64,000 nucleotides of DNA. It comes from Alphaproteobacteria bacterium. GTDB lineage: Bacteria > Pseudomonadota > Alphaproteobacteria > G965222575. The position numbers were made by a program, and so were the translations under genes. The stretch spans positions 224,001 through 288,000 of the forward strand of contig OZ244958.1 in the NCBI GenBank assembly GCA_965222575.1. The letters are read 5' to 3'. Under the pieces are notes generated by a model. It saw nothing but the letters and a program-made list of their open reading frames with translations, did not search any database and was not told the origin of the DNA. Positions 9,750 to 18,395 of this stretch are shown here, piece after piece (position 1 is the first letter of the stretch; each line of letters begins with the position of its first letter).

Positions 9750-10955
9750 ATGCCAAAGCCAAACCGCCCAATCCTTCCTCCTCCTTCCTACGCGCCACCC
9801 CCGCTGCCGCCCCCTCACAAAACGCAAACAACCAAAAGGGCTACACAGACGCACAGAGCCCATCCTTCCTACCCGCCACCCCCGCTGCCGCTACCTCACA
9901 AAACGCAAACAACCACAAGGGCTATACACACGCACAGAGCCCCTTTGCCACAGACCCAACAATACAGTGAACCCCAATACAGTGAACCTCTTAGTGACAA
10001 AAGCGACCGCAAAAAGAAAAAGACACTCTTCTCACGATTCACCTCAAAACTAGGAGCCCCAATTAGAGCTCTGCGAAAAAAAGAATCCTTCTCTCATCCT
10101 AAAGCAAAAAGAGTCACCGTCGACAATGCACACTATGAAAGCACAGACAATTACGACCGCCTAAAACAGATAAAAACCAAAGCACAATACGCTAACATAA
10201 GAACGCAAACAGACTCTGATGGCTATCTTCATCCTGTAGATTCACCACTCCATAAGCAACAGGATCATAGGAACTCCTATACCCCCTCGTATGTCAACAT
10301 CACAGCCCAACCTGAGTATGTCAACACAAAAGGGCAATCTGAGTATGCTGAACCCTATGGTGCATCTGAGGATGCTGAATCCTATAGTGCGTCTGAGTAT
10401 GCTGAATCCTATGGTGCGTCTGAGTATGCTGAATCCTATGGTGCGTCTGACCTTATGGTACTGATATCAACCCATAGTGCGTCTTCGCATACTAAACCTT
10501 ATGGTACTGAGTATATCAACACCAAAGTGCAACCTGAGTATATCAACACCAAATCACAACCTGAGTATATCAACACCAAAGTGCAACCTGAGTATGCTGA
10601 ACTCAATGCACCTGAGCATGTCAACACCACAGCACAATCTGGGTATGTCAACACCAAATCACAATCTGGGTATGTCAACACCACAGCACAATCTGAGTAT
10701 GAGGAACCCTATGAACCCTATAATGATAATGTACCTGAGTATGTCAACACCAAAGCCCCTGAGCATGCTGAAGCCCTTTTCACTACTAGCACACACAAGA
10801 CCCCCAACACGCCAAAGCCTCCTATAGCAAAAGCCCATGGCGATGTCATGGCAGAATTAAGAGGAAAGCTTAAGTCTCCCGATGCTCATAAGCCTTCAAA
10901 GGGTCCTCCGCCAAAACTTTTTCCTAAACCCTCGAAGCACCCTAGCTCTTCTTAA
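9750..10955 (+). CDS. Tyr-repeat protein with nine YxN motifs; candidate effector 3
   Basis: 401 aa; Y[AVI]N[IT] x9, YxxP sites, PPPSY, RKKKK, C-terminal DVMAELRGKLK. Confidence 0.6.
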   Translation: MPKPNRPILPPPSYAPPPLPPPHKTQTTKRATQTHRAHPSYPPPPLPLPHKTQTTTRAIHTHRAPLPQTQQYSEPQYSEPLSDKSDRKKKKTLFSRFTSKLGAPIRALRKKESFSHPKAKRVTVDNAHYESTDNYDRLKQIKTKAQYANIRTQTDSDGYLHPVDSPLHKQQDHRNSYTPSYVNITAQPEYVNTKGQSEYAEPYGASEDAESYSASEYAESYGASEYAESYGASDLMVLISTHSASSHTKPYGTEYINTKVQPEYINTKSQPEYINTKVQPEYAELNAPEHVNTTAQSGYVNTKSQSGYVNTTAQSEYEEPYEPYNDNVPEYVNTKAPEHAEALFTTSTHKTPNTPKPPIAKAHGDVMAELRGKLKSPDAHKPSKGPPPKLFPKPSKHPSSS

Positions 10956-11003
10956 CCCCAGACTCTTTTCACTTATCATTCCTTTAACTATAGAGACAAG
11001 ACC

Positions 11004-12047
11004 ATGACCATAGGACGCACAAACAGACCTCTTCCGCCGACTTCCTCAACACCTGTCCCTGCTTCCACTGATTCCGCGAAGTCCCCTAAGACTTCCCAAA
11101 AGAAAGGGTTATTCCAACGGGCAATAGGCATGGTCAAGCCTAAACACCAAAACATTAATGTCAGTAGACCAGTAGCCTCTTTTGATGAGGTAGGCGTAGC
11201 CCTCCGTCACCGCAAAGCCATTGCAAGTAACCCAAGTGACCGCCCACCGGCACTACCTCCACGCCTGCGCAGAGACCGCCCACCGGCACCACCTCCACGC
11301 TCCACAAGCCTGAACTTCGACCAACCACCGGCACTACCTCCACGCTCCACTCGCCTCCATAACCAACACTTGCCCTTCAGGACACAAAGCTCAAGGTCTG
11401 CCTTCGACCCACTCCCCCAATTACCGCAAGGTGCACCTTCAAGAAGCCCTAGAACAGAAACGCTACAAAGGGCACCGGCGGCAGAAGCTCTTAACCAAGA
11501 CACTTATGAAAGACCTGCTCCCCATGCAAGGTCCTCCTCAACCAATAACTATGACAGACCCCTACAACATCAATCTCCTGATTATTTAGAGGTAAGGGAA
11601 GGCCGTCAAAATACACAACAAGACGACTATTTAGCCCCCATAGACCTCCGCAGGCAACAACCCCCCGCAACAGCACAAGATAACTATTTAGACCCCATAG
11701 AAGTCCGCAGGCAACAACCCCCTACAACAGAACAAGATAACTATTTAGACCCCATAGAAGTCCGCAGGCAACAACCCCCTACAACAGAACAAGACAACTA
11801 TGAGTCTCCTTATGACACGGCTGCCTCTCACCGTGAAGCAGCAGAGTCTCCTTATGACACGGCTGCCCTTCACCGTGAAGCTGTAGAGTCTCCTTATGAC
11901 ACGGCCGCCCTTCACCGTGAAGGGGTAGAGAAAGACGATACTCTCTATGAATCGCTCTATCAATCTCTAAACCCAAACCATAAGGACGCAAAACAGGAAT
12001 CCATTTATGAATCCTTCTCAAAGGGGCGCCCTCCTAAAAAATCTTAA
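11004..12047 (+). CDS. Tyr/Pro-repeat protein with YxxP and PPxxPPR motifs; candidate effector 4
   Basis: 347 aa; PPALPPR/PPAPPPR x3, YERP, YDRP, YLAP, YLDP x2, YESP, SPYDT x3, ESIYESF. Confidence 0.6.
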   Translation: MTIGRTNRPLPPTSSTPVPASTDSAKSPKTSQKKGLFQRAIGMVKPKHQNINVSRPVASFDEVGVALRHRKAIASNPSDRPPALPPRLRRDRPPAPPPRSTSLNFDQPPALPPRSTRLHNQHLPFRTQSSRSAFDPLPQLPQGAPSRSPRTETLQRAPAAEALNQDTYERPAPHARSSSTNNYDRPLQHQSPDYLEVREGRQNTQQDDYLAPIDLRRQQPPATAQDNYLDPIEVRRQQPPTTEQDNYLDPIEVRRQQPPTTEQDNYESPYDTAASHREAAESPYDTAALHREAVESPYDTAALHREGVEKDDTLYESLYQSLNPNHKDAKQESIYESFSKGRPPKKS

Positions 12048-12129
12048 GATACTCCTGCCTTTACTTGCTAAGCGTTATCCTCTATTCTAAGAGCTAAGGC
12101 AATTCTGAAACCAAGTATACCAAGTATAC

Positions 12130-13476
12130 GTGTACAAAATCCTCTTGATAGTGAGTCTTTTTGCCTTGATAGGAGAGGCGGGGGGGGTGACTTTTGAAGA
12201 GAGCCTCAAGAGTACGCGCCTCTTGGAAAGCGCAGACATTGACGCGACGAAAAAAAGTCTTTGGAAAGCCTATCTTCAGAAGGTAAGGTCTGATAAACCC
12301 CGCTTAAAGGAGCATGAAGAAAGGGCTTTAACCTTCAATGACTATACCATGAGGTTTCACTTAGACAGAGTGCAAGACGGCAAGCAGCTTCCGTTGTACA
12401 TTGCCTTACATGGAGGCGGGGCGGCGGGAGCGAAATTGAATGATGCCCAGTACCGTCATATGCAAGTGTATTATAAAGAGGGGGGAGAAGGGTTGTATGT
12501 TGCGACGCGTGGGATTACCAACACATGGAATCTCCATTTTGTTTGGGGGGCTTTTCCGCTGTATGATAGGTTGATTGAGAACATGATAGCCTTAGAGGGA
12601 GCAGACCCGAACCGCGTGTATTTGCTAGGCTTTTCAGCGGGAGGAGACGGTGTTTACAACATTTCCACTCGCATGGCCGATCGATTTGCTGCTGTGAACA
12701 TGTCAGCTGGTCATCACAACTGGACGAATAAAAAAAACCTGTATAATCTTCCGATACTGCTTCAGGTTGGTGAGTATGATAGCGCTTATGACAGGCATAA
12801 AGAGACGGTAAAATTTTTCAAGTCTTTATTATCTTTACAAGAGACCTATCAAGGGGGCTATGTATCGGAACTCTTTCTTCATAAAGGCAAGGGGCACCAT
12901 ATAAGGGACTATGATCCCCATAGGGCATCACTGATTATTGCGGACCCTGTGGCTTGGTTAGCGGGGGATGAAGTGGAAAGTGTGGTGCGCAACACAGCGG
13001 CTACGGTGTGGCTTAAGCACCATAAGCGGGAGAGCAGGCCTAAGACGGTGGTGTGGCACACCAAGACCCGTGTCTACACGCGCAATGGTATGGGCAAGAG
13101 GGGGAAGGAGTTATGGCCTGTTAAGAATAAGGCCTTGCTGTTTTACTGGCTTGAGTTACTAAGCAATGGGAATGAGAATGAGGATTGGGAAGAAATCGTA
13201 GCCTCTTTAGAGGAGGAGAATACCATTAAGATTCGTACTGTGGGGGTTGAGCATTTTAAGATTTTACTGGATGGAGACATGCTAGATTTAGGGAAGACTA
13301 TCACCATTGAGGTCAACAGTGATAGTTGTGAGGTTGATGTTAAGGCGAAGGTTTCGCTTTTAGCGAAGACGTTACAGGAGCGTGGTGATATCAACTATAG
13401 TTTTCCGGCTGCTGTGGAGGTGAAGAAGTTACTGGAAAATCAGGAGGGGGAAGTTTGGAGTTGCACGGGGTTATAG
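12130..13476 (+). CDS. Secreted alpha/beta-hydrolase (predicted peptidase/esterase)
   Basis: Signal-peptide-like N-terminus; LHGGG, nucleophile elbow [20 protein letters not shown]. Confidence 0.78.
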   Translation: MYKILLIVSLFALIGEAGGVTFEESLKSTRLLESADIDATKKSLWKAYLQKVRSDKPRLKEHEERALTFNDYTMRFHLDRVQDGKQLPLYIALHGGGAAGAKLNDAQYRHMQVYYKEGGEGLYVATRGITNTWNLHFVWGAFPLYDRLIENMIALEGADPNRVYLLGFSAGGDGVYNISTRMADRFAAVNMSAGHHNWTNKKNLYNLPILLQVGEYDSAYDRHKETVKFFKSLLSLQETYQGGYVSELFLHKGKGHHIRDYDPHRASLIIADPVAWLAGDEVESVVRNTAATVWLKHHKRESRPKTVVWHTKTRVYTRNGMGKRGKELWPVKNKALLFYWLELLSNGNENEDWEEIVASLEEENTIKIRTVGVEHFKILLDGDMLDLGKTITIEVNSDSCEVDVKAKVSLLAKTLQERGDINYSFPAAVEVKKLLENQEGEVWSCTGL

Positions 13477-14238
13477 GGTTTTTTTGACCATCATTTTTTT
13501 AAGTTGGGCGATACTTTTAGCGGGATTGAGTCCTTTAGGGCAAGCTTTGGTACAATTTAAGATGGTATGACAGCGGTAAAGTTTGAAGGCATCATCTAGG
13601 CGGTTCAGTCTTGAGTTTGTTTGGGTATCTCTTGAGTCGATCACCCATCTGTAGGCATTTAGGAGTGCGGCAGGTCCTAAGTATTGGTCAGGGTTCCACC
13701 AATAGCTTGGGCAAGCAGTGGAGCAACAGGCACATAAGATACATTCGTAGAGGCCATCGAGTTTTTGGCGCTTTTGAGGAGATTGCGTGTGTTCTTTTTG
13801 AGAAGGGGGGTTTTTATTTTGCAGCCAAGGTTGGATAGAGGCGTATTGTTCATAGAAGTGTGTGAGGTCAGGCACAAGGTCTTTGACGACGGGGAGGTGC
13901 GGGAGCGGGGTAATGGTGAGGGGTTTTTTTGTCATGGGTGCAGTACAAGCGAGGGTATTGACTCCATTGATATTCATAGAGCAAGAGCCACAGACGCCTT
14001 CTCTACAGGAGCGGCGAAAGGTGAGGGTTGGGTCTATAGTATCTTTGATATAAATGAGTCCATCTAGCACCATTCTACCGCAAGAGGAGGTATCAACTTG
14101 GTAAGTATCCATTCTTGGGTTTTGTTTTGTATCAGGGTTGTACCGATAGACTTTGAAAGTCAGGAGGGATGTGGAGGAAGAACAGGGCGGAAAGGTTTTC
14201 CCTTTTTTCACTCTTGAGTCTGGAGGCAATCGAAACAT
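13471..14238 (-). CDS. sdhB: Succinate dehydrogenase Fe-S subunit
   Basis: [44 protein letters not shown]. Confidence 0.98.
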   Translation of the reverse strand: MFRLPPDSRVKKGKTFPPCSSSTSLLTFKVYRYNPDTKQNPRMDTYQVDTSSCGRMVLDGLIYIKDTIDPTLTFRRSCREGVCGSCSMNINGVNTLACTAPMTKKPLTITPLPHLPVVKDLVPDLTHFYEQYASIQPWLQNKNPPSQKEHTQSPQKRQKLDGLYECILCACCSTACPSYWWNPDQYLGPAALLNAYRWVIDSRDTQTNSRLNRLDDAFKLYRCHTILNCTKACPKGLNPAKSIAQLKKMMVKKTL

Positions 14239-14259
14239 ATGGGATTTTGTTGTGTTGAG

Positions 14260-16032
14260 TTAGTACATTCGTTTTTGCGGTGGGATGGGGTCAATATCTT
14301 TGGAGAGGGTGAAGTTATGGACAGGGGTGGTGTCATAGGAGACGTTTCCGTGTTCCTCTAAGGAGGCTAGGGAATGTACCATCCATTGTTTATCATCTCT
14401 GTCTGGGAAGTCTTCTCTTGCGTGGGCGCCGCGGCTTTCTGTTCGTTTGAGAGCGCTTGTGATGGTGACGAGCGCCTGTTGCAGGAGGTTGTCAAGTTCC
14501 AAGCTTTCCACCAAATCAGAGTTCCAGATTAAGGATTTATCCGTTACAATGTGGCGTTCTGTCACTAGGGCTTGGAGTTTTTCCACCCCTTGTTGTAGCA
14601 AGAGGTGTGTTCTGAACACGCCGCAGTGGTCTTGCATAACGCGTTGTAGTGTCTCTCTTAAGGAGGCGACAGGGTGTCCCCCTTTTGCCTGTCTGTGTTG
14701 ATTGAAACGCTCAAGGACAGCTTCTATGGTGTGTTTCGGTACAGGGGGGCGGGAGTGGGCAGGCGACAGGGTCTCCCCACAGAAAGACCCAGCGGCTTTA
14801 CCAAAAACAATAAGGTCTACCAAAGAGTTAGAGCCTAATCTGTTAGCACCATGAACGGAAACGCAAGCCCCTTCCCCAACAGCCAAAAGTCCCGCCACAG
14901 AAGAGAGTGAGCCTCCCGTTTTCACCTGCACTTGCGTCTTCCAGTTGGTAGGGATTCCCCCCATATTGTAATGAACAGTAGGCACCACAGGGACTTTTGT
15001 GCGCTCAACATCCACGCCCGCAAAAATCGCCGCCGCCTCCGTAATCCCAGGAAGACGTTTCTGTAAAATCTCCGCAGGAAGATGCCTAAGGTCTAAATAC
15101 ATATGGTCCTTTTTCTCGCCAACACCCCGCCCCTTGAGTATCTCTATGGTAATCGCCCGGCTCACCACATCGCGACTAGCAAGGTCGTGGGCTTTCGGCG
15201 CATAATTCGCCATAAAGTATTCTCCCTCACTATTCATAAGACGCCCCCCCTCGCCCCGCGCCCCTTCCGTAATCAACACACCAACCCCATAAATACCCGT
15301 AGGATGAAATTGTACAAACTCCATATCCTGTAGCCCAAGACCAGCACGCAACGCCATCCCCCCCCCATCTCCCGTACAGGTATGGGCAGAAGTACAAGAA
15401 TAATACGCACGACCATATCCTCCCGTAGCAAGAATCGTCACCCCAGCATTAAAAACATGCAACACCCCATCCATCAAATCCCAAGACACAACACCTCGAC
15501 ACACCCCCTCGTCCATCAAAAGGTCTAAAACAAAATGCTCAATATAAAACTGAACGCCATGCTTCAACGCCTGCCCATAGAGAGTCTGTAAAAGCGCATG
15601 CCCCGTCCTATCAGCCGCCGCACAAGTGCGAAAAGCCTGCTTGCCACCAAAATGCGTGGTCATCCCCCCAAAAGCCCTCTGATAAATCTTCCCCTCCTTC
15701 GTACGACTAAAGGGGACCCCAAAATGCTCAAGCTCCAATACCGCCTCCTTAGCATGCCTACAGAGATACTCAATAGCATCCTGGTCTCCAAGCCAGTCCG
15801 ACCCCTTCACCGTATCATACATATGCCAAGTCCAATGATCCTCCCCGCAATTGCCTAAAGCAGCAGAAATCCCCCCTTGCGCCGCCACCGTATGACTACG
15901 CGTCGGAAACACCTTCGTCACACAAGCCGTCTTCAACCCCGCTCCCGCCGCCCCCATAGCCGCACGTAACCCCGCTCCCCCAGCCCCCACAACTACAACA
16001 TCACACTCATGGTACTCTACCTGATACCCCAT
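14260..16032 (-). CDS. sdhA: Succinate dehydrogenase flavoprotein
   Basis: [33 protein letters not shown]. Confidence 0.98.
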   Translation of the reverse strand: MGYQVEYHECDVVVVGAGGAGLRAAMGAAGAGLKTACVTKVFPTRSHTVAAQGGISAALGNCGEDHWTWHMYDTVKGSDWLGDQDAIEYLCRHAKEAVLELEHFGVPFSRTKEGKIYQRAFGGMTTHFGGKQAFRTCAAADRTGHALLQTLYGQALKHGVQFYIEHFVLDLLMDEGVCRGVVSWDLMDGVLHVFNAGVTILATGGYGRAYYSCTSAHTCTGDGGGMALRAGLGLQDMEFVQFHPTGIYGVGVLITEGARGEGGRLMNSEGEYFMANYAPKAHDLASRDVVSRAITIEILKGRGVGEKKDHMYLDLRHLPAEILQKRLPGITEAAAIFAGVDVERTKVPVVPTVHYNMGGIPTNWKTQVQVKTGGSLSSVAGLLAVGEGACVSVHGANRLGSNSLVDLIVFGKAAGSFCGETLSPAHSRPPVPKHTIEAVLERFNQHRQAKGGHPVASLRETLQRVMQDHCGVFRTHLLLQQGVEKLQALVTERHIVTDKSLIWNSDLVESLELDNLLQQALVTITSALKRTESRGAHAREDFPDRDDKQWMVHSLASLEEHGNVSYDTTPVHNFTLSKDIDPIPPQKRMY

Positions 16033-16036
16033 ATCC

Positions 16037-16390
16037 CTACACCACCCCTCTCATCATAAGATACAACTCACACACCACCACTACCACCAATACCACCAAT
16101 AACAAAACCCAAACCAAAACCCATAAGGTAAATCGTAACCACCCGCGCGTGTAATCCTCAATAATACACATAACCCCAAGATACCCATGAAGCAAAACAA
16201 CACCCGTCACTATCCATACAGTGCCAACACTCAACGGATGACCTAAAAGCCGCACCACCTCATCAAACGTAAAAGACTTCAAAATAGGAAGACAAAAAAA
16301 CCCCACCATAAAAGGCACAAGCCCAAGAGCACTCAAACGTTGCAAGATAAACCCGCGCGTCGCTACACTCAAAGAAGAATCCTCTGTCAT
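16037..16390 (-). CDS. sdhD: Succinate dehydrogenase membrane anchor
   Basis: [18 protein letters not shown]; start taken at ATG 16390 overlapping the sdhC stop. Confidence 0.88.
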   Translation of the reverse strand: MTEDSSLSVATRGFILQRLSALGLVPFMVGFFCLPILKSFTFDEVVRLLGHPLSVGTVWIVTGVVLLHGYLGVMCIIEDYTRGWLRFTLWVLVWVLLLVVLVVVVVCELYLMMRGVV

Positions 16391-16767
16391 CCTACCCTCC
16401 ACCAAGCCCACCACCAACACCCCCAAGACAAAAACGTCAACAACAAAACTGCTATGCCAGAACGCGTCACGACTCTTAAAGAAAACCCAAGCCCCACATC
16501 CCAAAATAAATGACGCACCCCATTATAAAAATGATAAAAAACACACCAAGTCATGCCTAACTGAACCCCAAGACCCAAAGGAGAGGTGAACAGAGCCTTA
16601 AGCCAAATAAAATACCGCTCCCCCGTGGCAAGAGCAAGAAGCCACAACAGGCCTTCTAAGAAAACCAACAACGCCACAACCCCTGTTATCCTGTGCAGGA
16701 TTGATAAAACAGACGTAATCTGAGGCTTGTAGATACTAAGATGAGGCGATAAAGGCGGCATAAGCAA
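16387..16767 (-). CDS. sdhC: Succinate dehydrogenase cytochrome b556 subunit
   Basis: PLSPHLSIYKPQITS, SILHRITG, HFYNGVRHLFWD. Confidence 0.96.
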   Translation of the reverse strand: MLMPPLSPHLSIYKPQITSVLSILHRITGVVALLVFLEGLLWLLALATGERYFIWLKALFTSPLGLGVQLGMTWCVFYHFYNGVRHLFWDVGLGFSLRVVTRSGIAVLLLTFLSWGCWWWAWWRVG

Positions 16768-16829
16768 GAGAAGTGAACAGTGTCTCCCTATCTCTTTATA
16801 CGCTATGCGTATGCACTCTGTATAGTATA

Positions 16830-17057
16830 TTATCCCATTTTTTGGACAATACTTTTGAGCAAGTCGCCTAGTGTCTTAATCATTTGGCTTTCCAGCGATA
16901 CAGCAGTACTCCATTGTTGCATGGTTTGCTGCATTTGCAACAAGCCCTTGGTGGAGGTATCCCCTTTAGCAATTTGTGTCTCTAGGCCTTCTTCGTGCTT
17001 TTGGCTAACAGCGCCAAGTTTATTACTAATCCTAGCAAAGTCTAATGTTGAACTCAT
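16830..17057 (-). CDS. sctF: T3SS needle subunit (YscF/BscF-like)
   Basis: 75 aa helical hairpin, C-terminus LLQMQQTMQQWS...SQMIKTLGDLLKSIVQKMG; last gene of the T3SS operon. Confidence 0.78.
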   Translation of the reverse strand: MSSTLDFARISNKLGAVSQKHEEGLETQIAKGDTSTKGLLQMQQTMQQWSTAVSLESQMIKTLGDLLKSIVQKMG

Positions 17058-17099
17058 GGTCTCCCTTTGATAAATTGAAAAAAATTGATAGTGAAGCTT

Positions 17100-18395
17100 T
17101 TATGTTGCCATAAATTTGTAAATAATCTGTTTGTCTTTTTTCTTAATGAGAATGTAGGTGGATTGAATTCCTACAATTTTCCATCCACCGGGGAGCACCG
17201 CGCCTTCCAAATATTTTTGTCCATCTCTGAGGACAACATAGCGTATTTCCCCCATGCTCACGCTTACGATATCAAAATAAGGAGCGGGGTCTTTTTTTTG
17301 CAGGAGGGTGAGGGCATTTTTCAGTTGAATCTGTGGGATTTGTCTGAGGAGGTCTTGGGTAATTTTTTCTTTGAGGTCTTGGTCTTTGACTTGTCCAGTT
17401 AAGAGGAAAGTGCCCGGTGGTTCATAGTCTACAGTGGCGTTGACTTTAAGAGCGGAAAGAGCGGATTCCAAAGAGGAGTGGACAATTTTTGCGGCTTGGA
17501 TTTGGATGTTGATACGGTCTTCTGTCCAGAGGGTTTTTCGTTTTATGGCGTTAATGTCTTCTTCGAGCAAGCGTTTCTGAACGCCTGTTTCCACCCATCC
17601 AGTGATAAGGAGGGTCTTGTTTTCCGCTTTTTCCACAGAGACATAGACCACCTCTCTTTCTTTGAGGAGTTCTTCTATGGTTGCGAGTGCTTTTCCTTCA
17701 CTCCAAGGGCGCACTACGGGAGGTGCGGGAGAGCGCAAAAAGAAGAAGGTACTGCCTACCACGCCTGCTACCCCTACGCCTAAGAGCTTCAGCACAAGTT
17801 TGCTCTTCCCTTTTTTCAGAAGGCCTTTCCAATTGAGACCTTTAGGCGGAAGAACGACTTGGTTTTCCTCTTCCGCGCTTTTCTCTTGTTGTTGAGGCAG
17901 GGGAATCTGAACTTTGTCCCATTCTCCTTGCGTATTGCCAAGCGTAAAATAGGTATTACCAATAAGAATAGGACTATACGGAGCAAGTGCGGTTGAGGTA
18001 TGCTCAGGAATAGAAGACGAAGAGGCAATGACCCCGCCATCAAGCCCTCTGATAAAAAAGCACCCGTCTTTCACTTCAAGCAGGGCATGTTTGAGGACTA
18101 TCTGTTCATCCTTGAGCACAACATCACAGGAGATATCACTGCCTATGACATAAGAGCCTGTTTCAAGAGGGATTTCTCCCCCTAAATGAGGCCCTGACAA
18201 AACTTTTAACATCAGTTGCCCTTCTAAAGGCTCTATTGCAGGCGGGGGCGGTTCTTCCTCTTTTTGCGGGGTTTCTTTTGTTGTCGCCTCTATTTGCGGT
18301 GTTTCTTTTGTTGGAATTTGTTCTTTGTCCTCCTGTTTTTCCGGAGGAGTTTTTTCTAGGACTTCTGGTTCTTCAATGGTATTTTGCGCGCTCAT
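17100..18395 (-). CDS. sctD: T3SS inner-membrane ring protein (YscD family)
   Basis: FHA-like LKVLSGPHLGGEIPL..YVIGSD..CDVVL domain, single TM, BON-like periplasmic part, C-terminal YVVLRDGQKYLEGAVLPGGW. Confidence 0.9.
   Translation of the reverse strand: MSAQNTIEEPEVLEKTPPEKQEDKEQIPTKETPQIEATTKETPQKEEEPPPPAIEPLEGQLMLKVLSGPHLGGEIPLETGSYVIGSDISCDVVLKDEQIVLKHALLEVKDGCFFIRGLDGGVIASSSSIPEHTSTALAPYSPILIGNTYFTLGNTQGEWDKVQIPLPQQQEKSAEEENQVVLPPKGLNWKGLLKKGKSKLVLKLLGVGVAGVVGSTFFFLRSPAPPVVRPWSEGKALATIEELLKEREVVYVSVEKAENKTLLITGWVETGVQKRLLEEDINAIKRKTLWTEDRINIQIQAAKIVHSSLESALSALKVNATVDYEPPGTFLLTGQVKDQDLKEKITQDLLRQIPQIQLKNALTLLQKKDPAPYFDIVSVSMGEIRYVVLRDGQKYLEGAVLPGGWKIVGIQSTYILIKKKDKQIIYKFMAT

Noticed and set aside
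7406-12047. Effector cassette as a tRNA-integrated island
   Set aside because: It lies 5' of tRNA-Gly, and I found no duplicated tRNA 3' end or integrase
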